From assembly GCA_004764695.1 (NCBI GenBank), contig SMSO01000033.1:372001-436000 (forward strand): 64,000 bases of DNA. Reading direction: 5' to 3'. Shown here piece by piece: positions 36,884-49,250 of this stretch. Made by a program: the position numbers and the translations under genes. The DNA comes from Schizochytrium sp. TIO01 (taxonomy: Eukaryota; Protista; Bigyra: Labyrinthulomycetes). Within the stretch, counting starts at the first letter, position 1, and each line of letters begins with the position of its first letter. The notes beneath the pieces were generated by a model. That model ran no database searches and had not been told where the DNA came from. It saw only the letters and a list, made by a program, of their open reading frames with translations.

Positions 36884-37734
36884 CTTTTCTGTTCCAGAGT
36901 CTCTAAACTAGACCAACCTGCCTCAAGCACGTGCCTGTCTTTAAAGCAAAGTCTGCACGGGACCCTCGAAGCCGTCGAGTGTTCGCTCGTCTCGCTGCTT
37001 GCTCGATCTCGTTCTGTATTTGATGCTGCCACAGCCCTTATCAAGCAAGGCCATCGAGTCTCTCAATCAATCCATTGACACCTCTTCCACAATTCCATAC
37101 CAAGAATCATAACCAACAAGAAAATTACATTACCACGACTATCAGTAACTAGCGAATTATACAGGAGATCTGCAAAGAAAAAGTTTTTAAAATTAAAAAC
37201 CTGAATATAATACTAACTATGACGATAAAAATTACAATCATCGATGCGATGATCATTTTAGAAGAAAAGTAAAAAGAAGAAAAAGAAAATGTCTCAAAGC
37301 AATGCTTTCACAGTTATGAATTGCTACAATGTACTTTAGGAAAACACTTTCTCACATTGATCATAATTAAAAGAGCCTTTTAAAAAGAAAAAAGAAAGAA
37401 AGAAAGAAAGAAAGAAGCGCCTGTTCTGGCAACGAAACGAGAGGCCGCCGCAGATGTTCCGCAAGTTACGAAAGATCCAAGCGTTCTCCCGCCCTCGGAA
37501 CGCCCATGCCTCAACTCCATCAGTCAAAAGAACGCCGTGAGAACGGAAAGAACTTGTAGAATTTTTGGAGCACTCAGAACCAGCGCACCGTGCGCGGAGC
37601 ACGGCTTCACTGATTTTACAGTTTCTGGGCACTGCAAACTCGAGCGAGGGCTGCTCAGGTGCTCAGTACCTACCTACCTGCTGCTTATTGTCTGGTTGGC
37701 GGTGGATTATATTGCATTGCCCTGAATGTACCGA

Positions 37735-37822
37735 GTCGATTGCATTGAATGAATTGAATTGTAATGGTTGAACTGCATTGAATTGCGCTACATTACATTA
37801 CATTATATTACATTACATTGCT
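37735..37822. repeat. Degenerate pentanucleotide repeat (ATTGA/ATTGC/ATTAC)n
   Basis: Runs such as attgcattgaatgaattgaattg and cattacattacatt are visible. Confidence 0.65.
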
Positions 37823-39585
37823 TGCAGTGATAACCATTTCTTTAGTGCCAGAAATTGGGTGGTGGGCTTGAGAAGACCGAGTTCTTGGGCCGCAGACGAG
37901 GTGCAGCAGAGGTGGACTGGGGTCTCAATAGCCTGAGAAAGGCCCACAGAAGCTCCAAGGCAGAGCTCTGCGTGCAGGCTGAGCTGCATCGGCTTCGAGA
38001 GATGAGGCTCGGGAATAATTGAGTCATGCTGGTAGTTCTATGGCAGCCGTCTCTAGGTAGCAGCTAGGCAGATACTAGCTAACATCAGCATTATCCATGT
38101 GAGCTCTTTATCGATGGTGTTTATCGATTGTAGGCCGTGTTTATCGATGCTATCAGTTTTATCTGCAGCAACAGCAACAGAAATACTACACTTGGCAGCT
38201 GCTCCGATTCCCGCATCGCCGTCTTAGTAACAACTCGAACTCCACTCTTCAAGTTTGGTTAGTATTTGATAACTCCCTTTTGCTCATACGCCAATTAGCT
38301 GAAGATTGATTCGTCATTCAACAACAGTCATAAGGGATTGTTTTACCAGGGTTAGGAGCAAAATGAAGTTTGTCTATAGAACATATTGCTCGTGTAGCAA
38401 ACTCTCAAGATCCTGAGGATGTTGAGGACGGCGATGAAATTGAACAAATGCTTTTGAGGTTCGCCCTAAGAAGTTCTTCCAGATACTGTACGTGATATCA
38501 CTGGTCTGGATATGATCGCCTCGTTCGCGGATCGCACTCTCTGGCTCTGTTCGTATAGTTTTATTTAGAAAATGTAAATGGGATTATCATAGTTAAAGCT
38601 AAGACAGTATCAACAGGTGGGGAGATCAATTCAGGAATTTAGGTCAAGAAAGAGTACTTCGGAGCGAGCGCCGTAGATCTGCACTTACATAAAAGACCCC
38701 GCCATAGTGTGGATATAAGAGATAAACGACAACGCTAGGTAAGAGCGTAGAGTACTTTTGCAGGAAAGAAGCGTGGCATAGCGTCTTTGAAATCGAGCCC
38801 CCTGTAAAAAAGAATAGGTGATTTTGCCTCTTTTTTCTTAACTATTTTTTTTTAATAGAAGAAAGTTGACAGAAGTCATTTTTGACGAAACCAAGTGTGA
38901 TTTGTGATTTACATTTGACCATATCCACAAATTTCTTTACAACTTGAAGATTTGTTCAGGCAAAGATACCTAAAGCATTTGCTCAAGTGGTCTTTGAGAA
39001 TCCTATATACAGAAGTCAGCTAGAATGCCAATAATATCTAACTAGGTTAGGTTTGCTTCTAGTTTGCTTCTAGAAGTGGTGTATTTACGTCACAAACAAC
39101 GACGCAAGAGATTTCTGTTGGAGTTTTACCAATGTTAGAGCCAGTGTTTAAATGGACCATCTTGTAGAAATGTGGTATTCAAGCTGGAACAACCTCGAAT
39201 CGAAGAGACCAAAGAAATGCTTAAAGCCTTTACTGATACTCTATGGAACGTCGAAGTTTGCTGTTTGGAAGACTGTGCATTGAAAAATGACACTTATGCA
39301 GGTACTCTGATTTCCAGTACATGAAAGGATATAGTGAGGTAGGTTTCCATCATTGCAGGCAAATTCCATACAAGCGATAGATCAGAAAGATCAGAAAAAA
39401 CGACGAGACGCTTCATTCTTATTTAACTCATTTCTTGTTTACCTATCATGCAGATTTAAAAGTACTCGCTAATGTTTGCGGGTTTACAGATTTCCAGTGT
39501 TTATTATATTACCCAAGTTGATTTCGGTGAACATTGTGGTCTAGGGTTGCCGATTTATTTAATTGATAGATATTACCTTAAAATT

Positions 39586-39978
39586 CTACTCAAGCCTCTT
39601 TTCTTCCCGCTGGTTGCCAAAGCTCTCCTGAACTGAGCAGCCAGCCAATAGCTGTTCAAGGTCTGCAGGCATACGCGGCGTCGCAGGTACTTGGAGCAAG
39701 TCTTCAGAGGCTTGCTGATACTTGGACTCCTTCTTTGAATCCTCCAACTCAATATCCTGATAATAATCGAGAGGATTTAGCAATCCTGCCTTCTCGTACG
39801 TCGTTTCTAGCTGTGTTTTCTCCTCTCGTCTGCGATCTTCCTCGACTCGCTCATCATCCTCTTGAAGCATGGACTTGACGCTTTGCACCCTGGAGAGCAG
39901 TTGCTTGAGTGCCAGCTCAGCACTCTTTACCTCATTTTGATGGTCCCCACGCTGTGGTGCCTCCACCTTGGATTCCAT
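39586..39978 (-). CDS. Hypothetical small charged, coiled-coil protein (~130 aa)
   Basis: From ATG 39978 (MESKVEAPQ) the composition is protein-like and E/K/Q/L-rich. Divergent from FAM135. No family recognised. Confidence 0.55.
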   Translation of the reverse strand: MESKVEAPQRGDHQNEVKSAELALKQLLSRVQSVKSMLQEDDERVEEDRRREEKTQLETTYEKAGLLNPLDYYQDIELEDSKKESKYQQASEDLLQVPATPRMPADLEQLLAGCSVQESFGNQREEKRLE

Positions 39979-40711
39979 CTTTTGCAAAAACAATCCAGAA
40001 CAACCTTCGACGTCAAGCAGAACTCCACTGACCGTCCTAATCGATTTTGGTGCTTTCGCAAGTGCTCGAGACCTGAACAATAACAAACTTTTGCAAATCG
40101 GTCTAACGGGCCTCAAAAACGGGTCTATCTGAGTCCCATTTCTTACCCTTAACAATAATTTTTACATATCTTTTACAACTCTTTTAATCTTCATTCTATC
40201 CCTATCAAATTTATTCTTATCCCTCTTTCAGCTTCTTTTTAACACCGTTTTTCAGACAGCCGTCCTAAAGTTGTAGTAAAACTACCCACCAACCTGAGAA
40301 CTCTAAATCCTGTAACTGCTAGGACCACTACAAAACCACAATCATAGATTGATAGACACCCGAATGATACATTCGCGCTACGCTTGGAGAAGATTATACC
40401 ACCTATCTGCCCAATACGTACAGGTTTTGAAAGCAAACCATCCACTGTTTATTTGTTCACTTCTTCTTTAGTTCCCTCTTTAGTTCACTCCTATTAGTAG
40501 TACGTAGCTAACACTTCCTATGAGTAGGAGGCCTTTATTATCTGTAGTAGTACTATTCTGCGAAAGGAGGGTCACCAGAATAGTGCTCTGACGTCCTGGC
40601 TCTGCCAGACTCTGATTGCAAAAGGTCTTCCTGGTGGAGGCCGAGGCGCTTTACGCGTGGCCAATAATACCTTTGGGTGAATTGGCCAGCGGCAGTAAAG
40701 AGCCATCCATC

Positions 40712-43598
40712 ATGGCCTGTCTTCAGGCCACCGTGGAGGTGGGCATCAGCCTCATGAGCTTTCACAACGTGGATCTCAACCAGCAGGGGTACGTTGACTG
40801 ACTAGGCTCGTCCCTCCGTCGCGAAACCATGCGACCTCAGAGAAGACCCTCGTGTGGTCTCGCTCCGGCGTCATTGCAGAGATGTATCATGGTAACAATG
40901 CAAAATTTGTAGCGAATCCGTGGGTTAATTAATGGCAAGGCTTGGTGCAGGAAAGGACTTGATAAATGGAGAAAATGAAAAATAGACCGACTAACTCGAA
41001 TTACTGTAATACCTCAACCTCTTGTCATCTTATGTATATGGATTGTAACTACGTGCTGGTGAACTCATCTATGCAACGATGGGGAATGCGGATAACATAA
41101 TCACCTACAATAACGTCACGTGTCGTTCTGGTTCTCGAAATGCATTGATGTGGTGATGTGAATTCTATATCTTAAAATGAAATTACAGCCTATACCGCCT
41201 TTCGGTATCAGTTGCCAAAGGTGCGGATCGCTTGCGTGCTATTGCGCAAGAGGCTCGAATGCAGGAAGCCAAAGAAGCTTCAAATAGTAAGAAAAAGCTC
41301 GGGGTGAAGGATTCTCGCCAAGGATTAGGGGCTCATGCAGATGCACCACTAGAAGATCGAGCAACTCCCTACGCATGTTTCGAAACTGATCTTGATTTGT
41401 CTCATGTTGAGGGACGCAAAGTTCTTGATAGCTTACGACGCCACACACCTGCTAGTATCTCCGGGGTAAATGACGTGTACTACAGTAAGGGGTTTCTTGT
41501 CCGCTACGTTGATGAAAAGCGAAATATTAATGACGGAGTTCACTTTCGCTTTGATCTCAATGCTATTCGCGATCGTGATGTATCGCTTAGGCTGTGCATT
41601 TGCCTCGAAAGAGCTTGCCCACCAGTCACTGAAGATGAAGGCCCTCCTGAGTATTCAATACTTTCTGCGCGGACTGTGCAGCTTAATCGCGTAGGAGAAG
41701 GCTTACATGAATACATCCCGATCATCTACGACGACTTTTACAACTCGGGGTTTGCCCTCCTTGAAACAACTGTACATACGTGCGTCACTGGTATTCGCTA
41801 TGAACCCGACACATCTGGATTACGGCTTGCACAGTATTTATTGAGAGGAAGAGAGGAAAAGGATCTAGACGAGGCACTCGATGCTCCTTTTGCTCAAGAT
41901 CTAGAGACGATGCGACGCACCTGTATCTTTTTACTTCGTTCATCCCACGTTTCTCTTGCGGCATGTATTGACCTTCTTATTCGTAAGCTAGATCCTGAGG
42001 ATAAAGATGCTATTGGAGATGGGGAGCTTTGCCTCAAACCTCTTACTGAAATCGAACTTGCTCCTAATTTGCTAGAAGGGGACCAGAGTGCGCACAGCGT
42101 TGAGAAGTTTGCCACTGCCTTCTCCAACGAGCTTGAAACTTGGTCGTCGGCTCTTCTCTTAGCGTGGCATAGCTTTCTGCACAGCCTACAGGCATGTTCT
42201 GGCAAGGTGAGGCGAGACCTTAAATCTGCTTGGTTGGACAAGGCCACAGAAAAGGTTGGTGAAAGTGTCATTCGTGAACGATTTGATGCATCAACGATTA
42301 AAGGCCCTACGGATGCCAATGTCTGCCGCAAGCGTGACGAGGTTGCTGCTAAAATTCGTCAATGTGCAATAGAAATCCGCAACTTCCAGCGCGAAAAAGT
42401 TGAGGATTATGAAATGTTTGAAGACGACTCATCGTTTCCCATTCTCTTTGAGCAACGTTATGACACAAAGCTTTCTACCCGATCTCTTGTGGCCCCTGCA
42501 GCAAATGCCATGCCTCCCCAGCCGCCAATGAGCACCCTGAGCTCTTCTTCCTCCTCCTCTTTGGTGAGTACCTCCGGCGTACCAGGTGAGCCTTTGCGGA
42601 AGCCATCTTTTGCTTCTTCCATATCCACTCCTTCGCCTAACCTGCAACTGCAACAGCCAAATGGCGAGGCAACCCAGAATGTCGACCCTCCTAGCCCCTG
42701 TACCCCACCCAAGCTGAAACGAAATGGCGGAGTGAAGTTTGCAGATGTACGTGACGTTGTTGTTCTTGTTCATGGATATATGGGTAGCTCGTGGGACCTG
42801 CGACCGTTTCGTAACTACCTGCTACTTATCGAACCCGATGTCATTTCTTACTTAAGCAAAGCTAATGAGGAAGACACCGACACCGACATTGAAGTTCTTG
42901 GTTTTCGCCTTGCAAACGAAGTTCATAGTTTTTTGAAGCGCACCTTTGGAGGAGAAGACTTTAAACTCGGAAGGCTTTCCTTTGTTTGTCACTCCATTGG
43001 TTCTGTGATTCTCCGTAGCGCGCTTACTCGTAAAGAAATGGCAGAATTTCTTCCAAACCTGCACAGCCTACTCTCAATGTCATCTCCTCATCTTGGTTCA
43101 CGAGCAATGAAATCAACTCTTGTGAAATATGGGCTGTGGGCAATGCGTCACTGGCGAAAGGCATCTGCACTAGGCCAATTGTCCATGGCAGATGTTGAAT
43201 ATGGGAAAACAATCCGTGATACGCTTGTATTTAGGCTTAGTGAAGCGGAGGAAAGTCTCCGCCATTTTGATCATATCGTCCTAATCTCTTCACACCAGGA
43301 CCATTATGTGCCATACCACAGCACCCGTGTGGAATATTTAGCTCCCTCATCTGCAGTCACCAAATCGGACATCTCCTTGGCCAAAGACATGACTGATAAC
43401 CTTCTCAAAGGAGTAGATCCATCAAAGATTGTTCGTTTGGATATTTCATTTCAATTTGACAATTTACGAACAAATCGAATGGATAAATTTATCGGACGCG
43501 CAGCACACATCAAAATACTGGATTCGCCTGCGCTTTCCCTGACCCTGCTTTTACATTTCAAGGAGCTCTTTGAGCCCACATTTCGTCGATCAGAATAA
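40712..43598 (+). CDS. FAM135: FAM135-like protein with C-terminal alpha/beta-hydrolase (DUF676-type) domain; join(40712..40788,41189..43598)
   Basis: Exon 1 MACLQATVEVGISLMSFHNVDLNQQG splices (GTACGT..CAG, phase 2) to LYRLSVSV, recreating the FAM135 N-terminal motif. C-terminal part has VVLVHGYMGSSWDL, RLSFVCHSIG, SPHLG, SHQDHYVPYHS and IGRAAHI. Confidence 0.9.
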
Positions 43599-44459
43599 GT
43601 GCAAATGATAAAAAAACAAAAGATTGATACTGAATAACTATGATTTCTTCTAGGTTTTCCCCAGCTGAGTGTAAACTTTGTGCTAATCTCATTTTGAAGT
43701 ATTAGAGCTCGAGGCAAAATGTTATACGTGCATCCCTCCCCATTATGCCACACTTTAAAATTTTGTGATTGACTACAGCATGGGCAAAGATAGAGTATGT
43801 GATCATACGAACGCGGCCGTCAATACATAATTTTATCATGCATTGACATTTATGAAAAGCTAATTGGCTGAGTAATTGATCGTGACTTATTTTTATCAGT
43901 GACAAAAGATTACTCTGCAAACCCATCTTCGAAAAAATATCCCAATAAGTCACTCTGCAGTGGGCCTTTTCAATATTTAAAATTTAAAGAACTATCTCCT
44001 GGATACATACTTCCTACGTTAGCTGTTATTCATAATAGTGATTAATCCCTTGCCTTATGAAATTTAGAGAATTTCATGACTGCTAGATTTCAGCCAATAA
44101 ATCTCCAAAGCATTATTGAAAATGTGCACAGACAACATGACGGGTAGGCGCGGAATAGCCACGGATCAGTTGGAGGTCTTTCCAAATGGTTCCTCAATTA
44201 ATACAATCAACAGTGTATCGTAGGGGATCAATGAAATCTATGCTTACAAAGATTTAAAAAATGATTTTAATGCATCTATCAATGGCCAAAAAGAAAGAAG
44301 CAACAATCAGCATATCAGATTGTGAACGATTTGCCTTGGGGGTCAATTTGTAATGGCTTTATCGACAGGACCATATCCCTACAGCACAGGTGCAACCATG
44401 TTAGGGAGGAAATAACGATAATGAGCCTGAATAGCATCATAGTTTATGGCTACATACCT

Positions 44460-45068
44460 CTACTTGTGATGCTTGGACTCAGATACTACACTAAGGCAAT
44501 CGGCTAGCCACTCCACTGCGTCCTCAATACCTTCTCCTGTTCTTGCATTTGTGCTCACAATAGACCATGGACGTTCACGAATTTGTTCAAGGCCCATTTT
44601 GGACACACACTCAGCTGGGCCCATGGAATTGGGGCAATCTTTTTTATTACAAAGAAACAGGACAGGAATATTACGCGAGCGCACCGAAACATCTGAGAGA
44701 ACCATCTCTAGCTCATCCCTTGCCACAGCTAGACGCATACGATCAGTGGAGTCCAGAACAAAAACAATAGCATGAATTTCAGCATAGTGCTGTGACCAGA
44801 GATTACGATATTTCCCTTGACCCGACATATCATATGCAGTAAAGTTGACGTTCTTGCGCTTGAACGTCTCTACACGAAAGCCCACCGTGGGTGCAACTTC
44901 TTCAGGTTCATGGTCATCGTCGAGCTTAGCACGCTGAAGATAGTTGATCATAGTACTCTTGCCAGAGTTATCCAGACCCACCACAACTACATTGCACTCT
45001 TCAGTCTTGCCCGCGCGCGTCGAGAGCGCACGCAGCGATGATGAGAGGCGTCGGAATAGTCCTGACAT
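44460..45068 (-). CDS. ARL6: ARF-like GTPase ARL6/BBS3
   Basis: GLDNSGKST, PTVGF, the ARL6-diagnostic DMSGQGKYRNLW, DSTDRMRLAVARDEL and NKKD. Confidence 0.93.
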   Translation of the reverse strand: MSGLFRRLSSSLRALSTRAGKTEECNVVVVGLDNSGKSTMINYLQRAKLDDDHEPEEVAPTVGFRVETFKRKNVNFTAYDMSGQGKYRNLWSQHYAEIHAIVFVLDSTDRMRLAVARDELEMVLSDVSVRSRNIPVLFLCNKKDCPNSMGPAECVSKMGLEQIRERPWSIVSTNARTGEGIEDAVEWLADCLSVVSESKHHK

Positions 45069-45564
45069 TGTCTTGTTCTGGCCGACCCGTAAGAACCGAA
45101 GAAGATGCCTTTTTCTGTGCCGTGCTTATACAGCTTGTATAATAACAGCTTCTTGCGCGTTTGGTGGACTCACTGTCCTTGAGCACAGGCTTCAATGTTT
45201 CTCGCGCAAATAGCCCCACTGGTGAGCCTCTCTGACAGTAACTACTCAATATACCCAAACTTCATAGAGGTGACAGAGGGTGCTACGTGTAAGCTGGCGG
45301 CGATCCGTTGTCGCACACCAGGGTATGCAACAAAACAAAACGCCAGCCAACTGTGTTTTTTTAATATATAATACAATAGTTAATTTCTAGTTATGTTCTA
45401 TAATACCCCCTCTTACTTCGTGTTAGTTTTGGTCATCAAGTTATTGTACACCACGATGCTGGAATCAAGCAAGGCTATTTGAAGATCATAGAGTGCAACA
45501 AGGATAAACTGCTGGCTGTTGTAGCCTTACACATGTGGCGAGGCGCAAGCCTCTTCTTGCAATA

Positions 45565-46176
45565 ATGACGCAGAAGCAGCTTGGTAGTGTTCAGGTTGGC
45601 GTGCTGGTTTCGGTTGTAAGCTTTTGCATATTAATAGTGGCAATAATTTACCACAATGGCGCTCGGCAGAAGGGCACAGGCAAGCCGTGGTTGAGGCGAC
45701 GTGGTTGGCGACAACGAAGGCGTGCAAAATTTGACTATGGCTATGACCCTATTATGCTCGACCAAGTAGCAAACGGTGATGTTGAGCACAAATTCAACGT
45801 TGTTAATTATCTAGAAGCTGCGACGGAGAGACGTCTTCGACGCCTTTTGAAAGTCTACGGCCAAGAGCTCTCCGACTTGGAGAATCTTGAGAATGAAGTA
45901 AAGGACCTTGAATTTGGTTTGCAGAAAACAAGACGCGAAATTGCAAAGGGAGGAGGAGACCAGGAGACCCTTAGACGTTTAATTGACACGCGAGGCTCCG
46001 AGATATTTGGTCCTGAGTGGAATACTTCTGTGAATGGAGCGCCAACATTGAGTCATGTTATTGCTCCTGATGAAAAAGCTGAGGAATGGCGTGTTCCCAA
46101 TGATAAGTTCGGTCAAAGACTTTCTGCTCGACGCAGTGTTCACCCGGTCCCCAGGCTTGCTCTAGACAAACTGTAA
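45565..46176 (+). CDS. Hypothetical single-pass membrane protein with coiled coil
   Basis: Hydrophobic stretch VGVLVSVVSFCILIVAIIY, then a basic cluster and heptads (LSDLENLENEVKDLEFGL). Confidence 0.65.
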   Translation: MTQKQLGSVQVGVLVSVVSFCILIVAIIYHNGARQKGTGKPWLRRRGWRQRRRAKFDYGYDPIMLDQVANGDVEHKFNVVNYLEAATERRLRRLLKVYGQELSDLENLENEVKDLEFGLQKTRREIAKGGGDQETLRRLIDTRGSEIFGPEWNTSVNGAPTLSHVIAPDEKAEEWRVPNDKFGQRLSARRSVHPVPRLALDKL

Positions 46177-46525
46177 CCTCTAAATGTACGAACTAGCACT
46201 AAATACAATTACCTTCGCTCTCCAACTAGAAGTAAGAAATAAGCATCAATATATGAGAAACGCGGGTAACTCGCAATATGGTTTCTTTGACATGGAAAGG
46301 TAAATTAATGGGAAAGACAGAAATAAATTGTGTACTCCTTTATAAAGATAAAGTCACAAGAGCGCAACTGTGAACTTTTTCTCTACATTTATATTATTAG
46401 ACCTTGCGTCCATGAAGTTGTGTAGTCAATTAAAGAGTAAAGATTCTTTGGCATGTGCAATATTTTACGAGCGATTTTACAGAGATGAACGACCTTGAGA
46501 CGCTAGTAGCTAAGTTTGTTATACT

Positions 46526-47551
46526 CTATAGAGGGGACTCTCCATCTCCATTCCTATTGTTAGAATTTTTCGATGGGGACTTTGCGGAGATGGCCGCGAT
46601 CTCAACCTTTCTGGTCCAATCCTTTACAGAATTCCTCAGATCATACATCTTCGCTTTTTGTGCAACATAATCCCGCACATGAGGCATCTCTGCACTCGAC
46701 TCATCCGACTCGGAGAGCTTGCGATTAAGACGCTCCTCCTTTACAATTTCATCACCAACTTTATTGATATCTACTCGAATTTTCTCAAGAAGATCTTTGC
46801 GCGATTGAATCTCTTTATTGAGCCACTCTGTTTCAGAAATGATGGTGTTCAACTTCTTTTTGAGGTTATTAAGCACTTGCACAGTGTTACCTGTGGTTCG
46901 TTTCAACTTGAGGAGATCCTGGTTCCTTTCCTCAATTTTGGAAATATACTGCTTATTTTCAATCTGCAGCTGATGGAAGTCGATGTAGTGAAGAACGTCA
47001 CCCATTTCTTCCTTTTGCTTGAGCTGAGTCTCGATTTTTTGAATCAAACCTTTGAGAGTGACATTTTTTAGTCGAAGCTTTTCAATTACCCCATCTTTCT
47101 GTTTTAATTTTTCCTCCATATACTTGACTACTTTCTCTGCCATTGTCTTGCCTGTGCGAAAGTTCTCGGCACCTACGACAATGTCGCGCTTAAACTCATA
47201 GGCTTCTTTCTTTAGGTCAGAGATTCGCAAATCTGTCTCTTCCAGGACTGCTCGAAGAGAATCAATAAGCTTCTCTGAATTTACTTTGGTGTCTTCGATA
47301 CGTTTTTGCATAGCATCAAACTCATAGTTGGCAATATTAAGCTTTTCGTCAAGAGTCAAAGTCGTGCGCCCACGTCCCCGGCGCCGTTTACCCGCTCCTG
47401 CATCGTCTTTACTATGAAGTTCTGCTTCAAGCCTCGTCTTGTGCGCGTCCAGAAGCTCATTTTCCTGCTGAAGCTTTTTGTTTTCTCGAAGCAGATCTTC
47501 GAGCTCGCGCTCGGCTGCAGATGTTGCAGCATTGCCCCCACGATAGACCAT
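46526..47551 (-). CDS. CCDC113: CCDC113/CFAP263 cilia-associated coiled-coil protein
   Basis: LTLDEKLNIA, EAYEFKRDIV, IEKLRLKN and QKEEMGDVLHYIDFHQLQIEN (DUF4201-type motif); coiled coil throughout. Confidence 0.9.
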   Translation of the reverse strand: MVYRGGNAATSAAERELEDLLRENKKLQQENELLDAHKTRLEAELHSKDDAGAGKRRRGRGRTTLTLDEKLNIANYEFDAMQKRIEDTKVNSEKLIDSLRAVLEETDLRISDLKKEAYEFKRDIVVGAENFRTGKTMAEKVVKYMEEKLKQKDGVIEKLRLKNVTLKGLIQKIETQLKQKEEMGDVLHYIDFHQLQIENKQYISKIEERNQDLLKLKRTTGNTVQVLNNLKKKLNTIISETEWLNKEIQSRKDLLEKIRVDINKVGDEIVKEERLNRKLSESDESSAEMPHVRDYVAQKAKMYDLRNSVKDWTRKVEIAAISAKSPSKNSNNRNGDGESPL

Positions 47552-49056
47552 CTTAGCCTTCGTGCGAGAACTTAAATTAGTATGCCGTAGAAGTGGGTTC
47601 ACGCACGTGAAGGCTCTTTGCTGACGCCACTACCTGTTGAATTATAAAGAAACTTGCAATACCTGCTTTGGAATATGTAGAAGCCTTTTTAATCAGCCAC
47701 CTAAGCTTGCGTCCACGTGAGCTCAGCTTGCACAAGCTACCTTGTCCTTTGCGATTGATACCAAGTGCCGCTATGATAGACAATATCAATCCAGCTTCAA
47801 TGGCAGTTCACGCCCCTATAGTAGACGCGATACATTTGCCAGGGAGTGTGCCAATTAGTCAGCCACCTACTGCTCAAGGAGTAACCTTGTCCGTGTGCAA
47901 TTCTACTAAAGTTCTAGAGTCTGCACCATTCTCTCATGTTCTTGGCCAATCTAATTGATCCGTTGACAACATGGAACAACGTCGCAAGCGCACACCCTAG
48001 TGCCTAGTAGGCTTTAATTAAGAATAGGGCCTATTCTTATTAATTTATCATTTTTTTTTTAAATCTACATCATCATGCAAACACTCTACTTTAATTGGAA
48101 CAGGAGGGAACGAAAAGTCGTTCCAGAAGTTCAAACCACGATTGCTTTGAAGACCTTGCCGATTTAGATTGAGAGAATAAGTTAGCCGCGGGTACTCCGC
48201 AGAGGCTTTCATCAAGGAAGGGATCGATATTACTTTAATATGTAATTTAATCCTGCTTGGCATTCTTTGTTTTATTATTAAAAAAACTAAAAAAATAGCT
48301 TTTAGGTGGATACTATCTACTCTAAAAAGGTCATTCATGATTATGCCGGCGCTTTCCAAAAATACTACTCCTAGTAGAGCTTGGTTGGTCGCGTTTTCCT
48401 CTTCGTCTATTTGGAATATTCCCATTGCAGTTTAGCATATATACAACAAAAGAGAACCATATACCCTTCATTCAAGAGCTCAGTGACATTCTTGTAATGT
48501 GGCTTTTTGCAAGCGGTTCATTTTTTAGAAGCTTTGTTCGCTGTATCGCTAAATAACAATACAGTAGAACGTAATTCTATTCTGATGCCAGCCTGTCGCA
48601 TCCTTAAAATCGTTTTACAGGATTCTCTTTCACAGAGTGCTTCCTTTTCAGGGACTACTCTGTGCACGAGATTTGGGATGCTTCTTTCGTTAGCCTTGTT
48701 TTCGTCATTTCAGAAATGTTTCGAGACGAAAAGGTTTTATGTCCTTGTTTTTTTGCGTCAGGTTGATATTAAAATTTGCAAATCATGTGTAATGCAACGA
48801 ACAATTTCCTACATAATGCTACACATCAGCAAACGCGCCAAAATGCACGTGCACACGTTCCTACACAATCGCGATCAAACGTTTTCCGCATCGTCCACGC
48901 CAAGGTCATTTTCATATTCTCGTATTCCCAATGCAATGATAGTTATTCTCTCAAGTGACCAACTTTGCACCAAGACGAATCATGTTGGAAACATTACTCT
49001 GCAATCTATCCCATGTAATGTTGCCTGCATAGTTTTACCTACCAGGCACAATCATT

Positions 49057-49250
49057 CATACATACAAACATACATACATACATACATACATACATACATA
49101 CATACATACATACATACATACATACATACATACATACATACATACATACATACATACATACATACATACATACATACATACATACATACATACATACATA
49201 CATACATACATACATACATACATACATACATACATACATACATACATACA
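49057..49250. repeat. (CATA)n microsatellite, about 48 units
   Basis: Near-perfect tandem repeat with one CAAA variant near the left end. Confidence 0.98.

Noticed and set aside
35885-37078. 397-aa plus-strand ORF overlapping asd
   Set aside because: In-register antisense shadow of a strongly codon-biased gene, with no motifs. The same applies to ORFs opposite calmodulin, NudC (56619-57601) and DDX3 (62336-63256).
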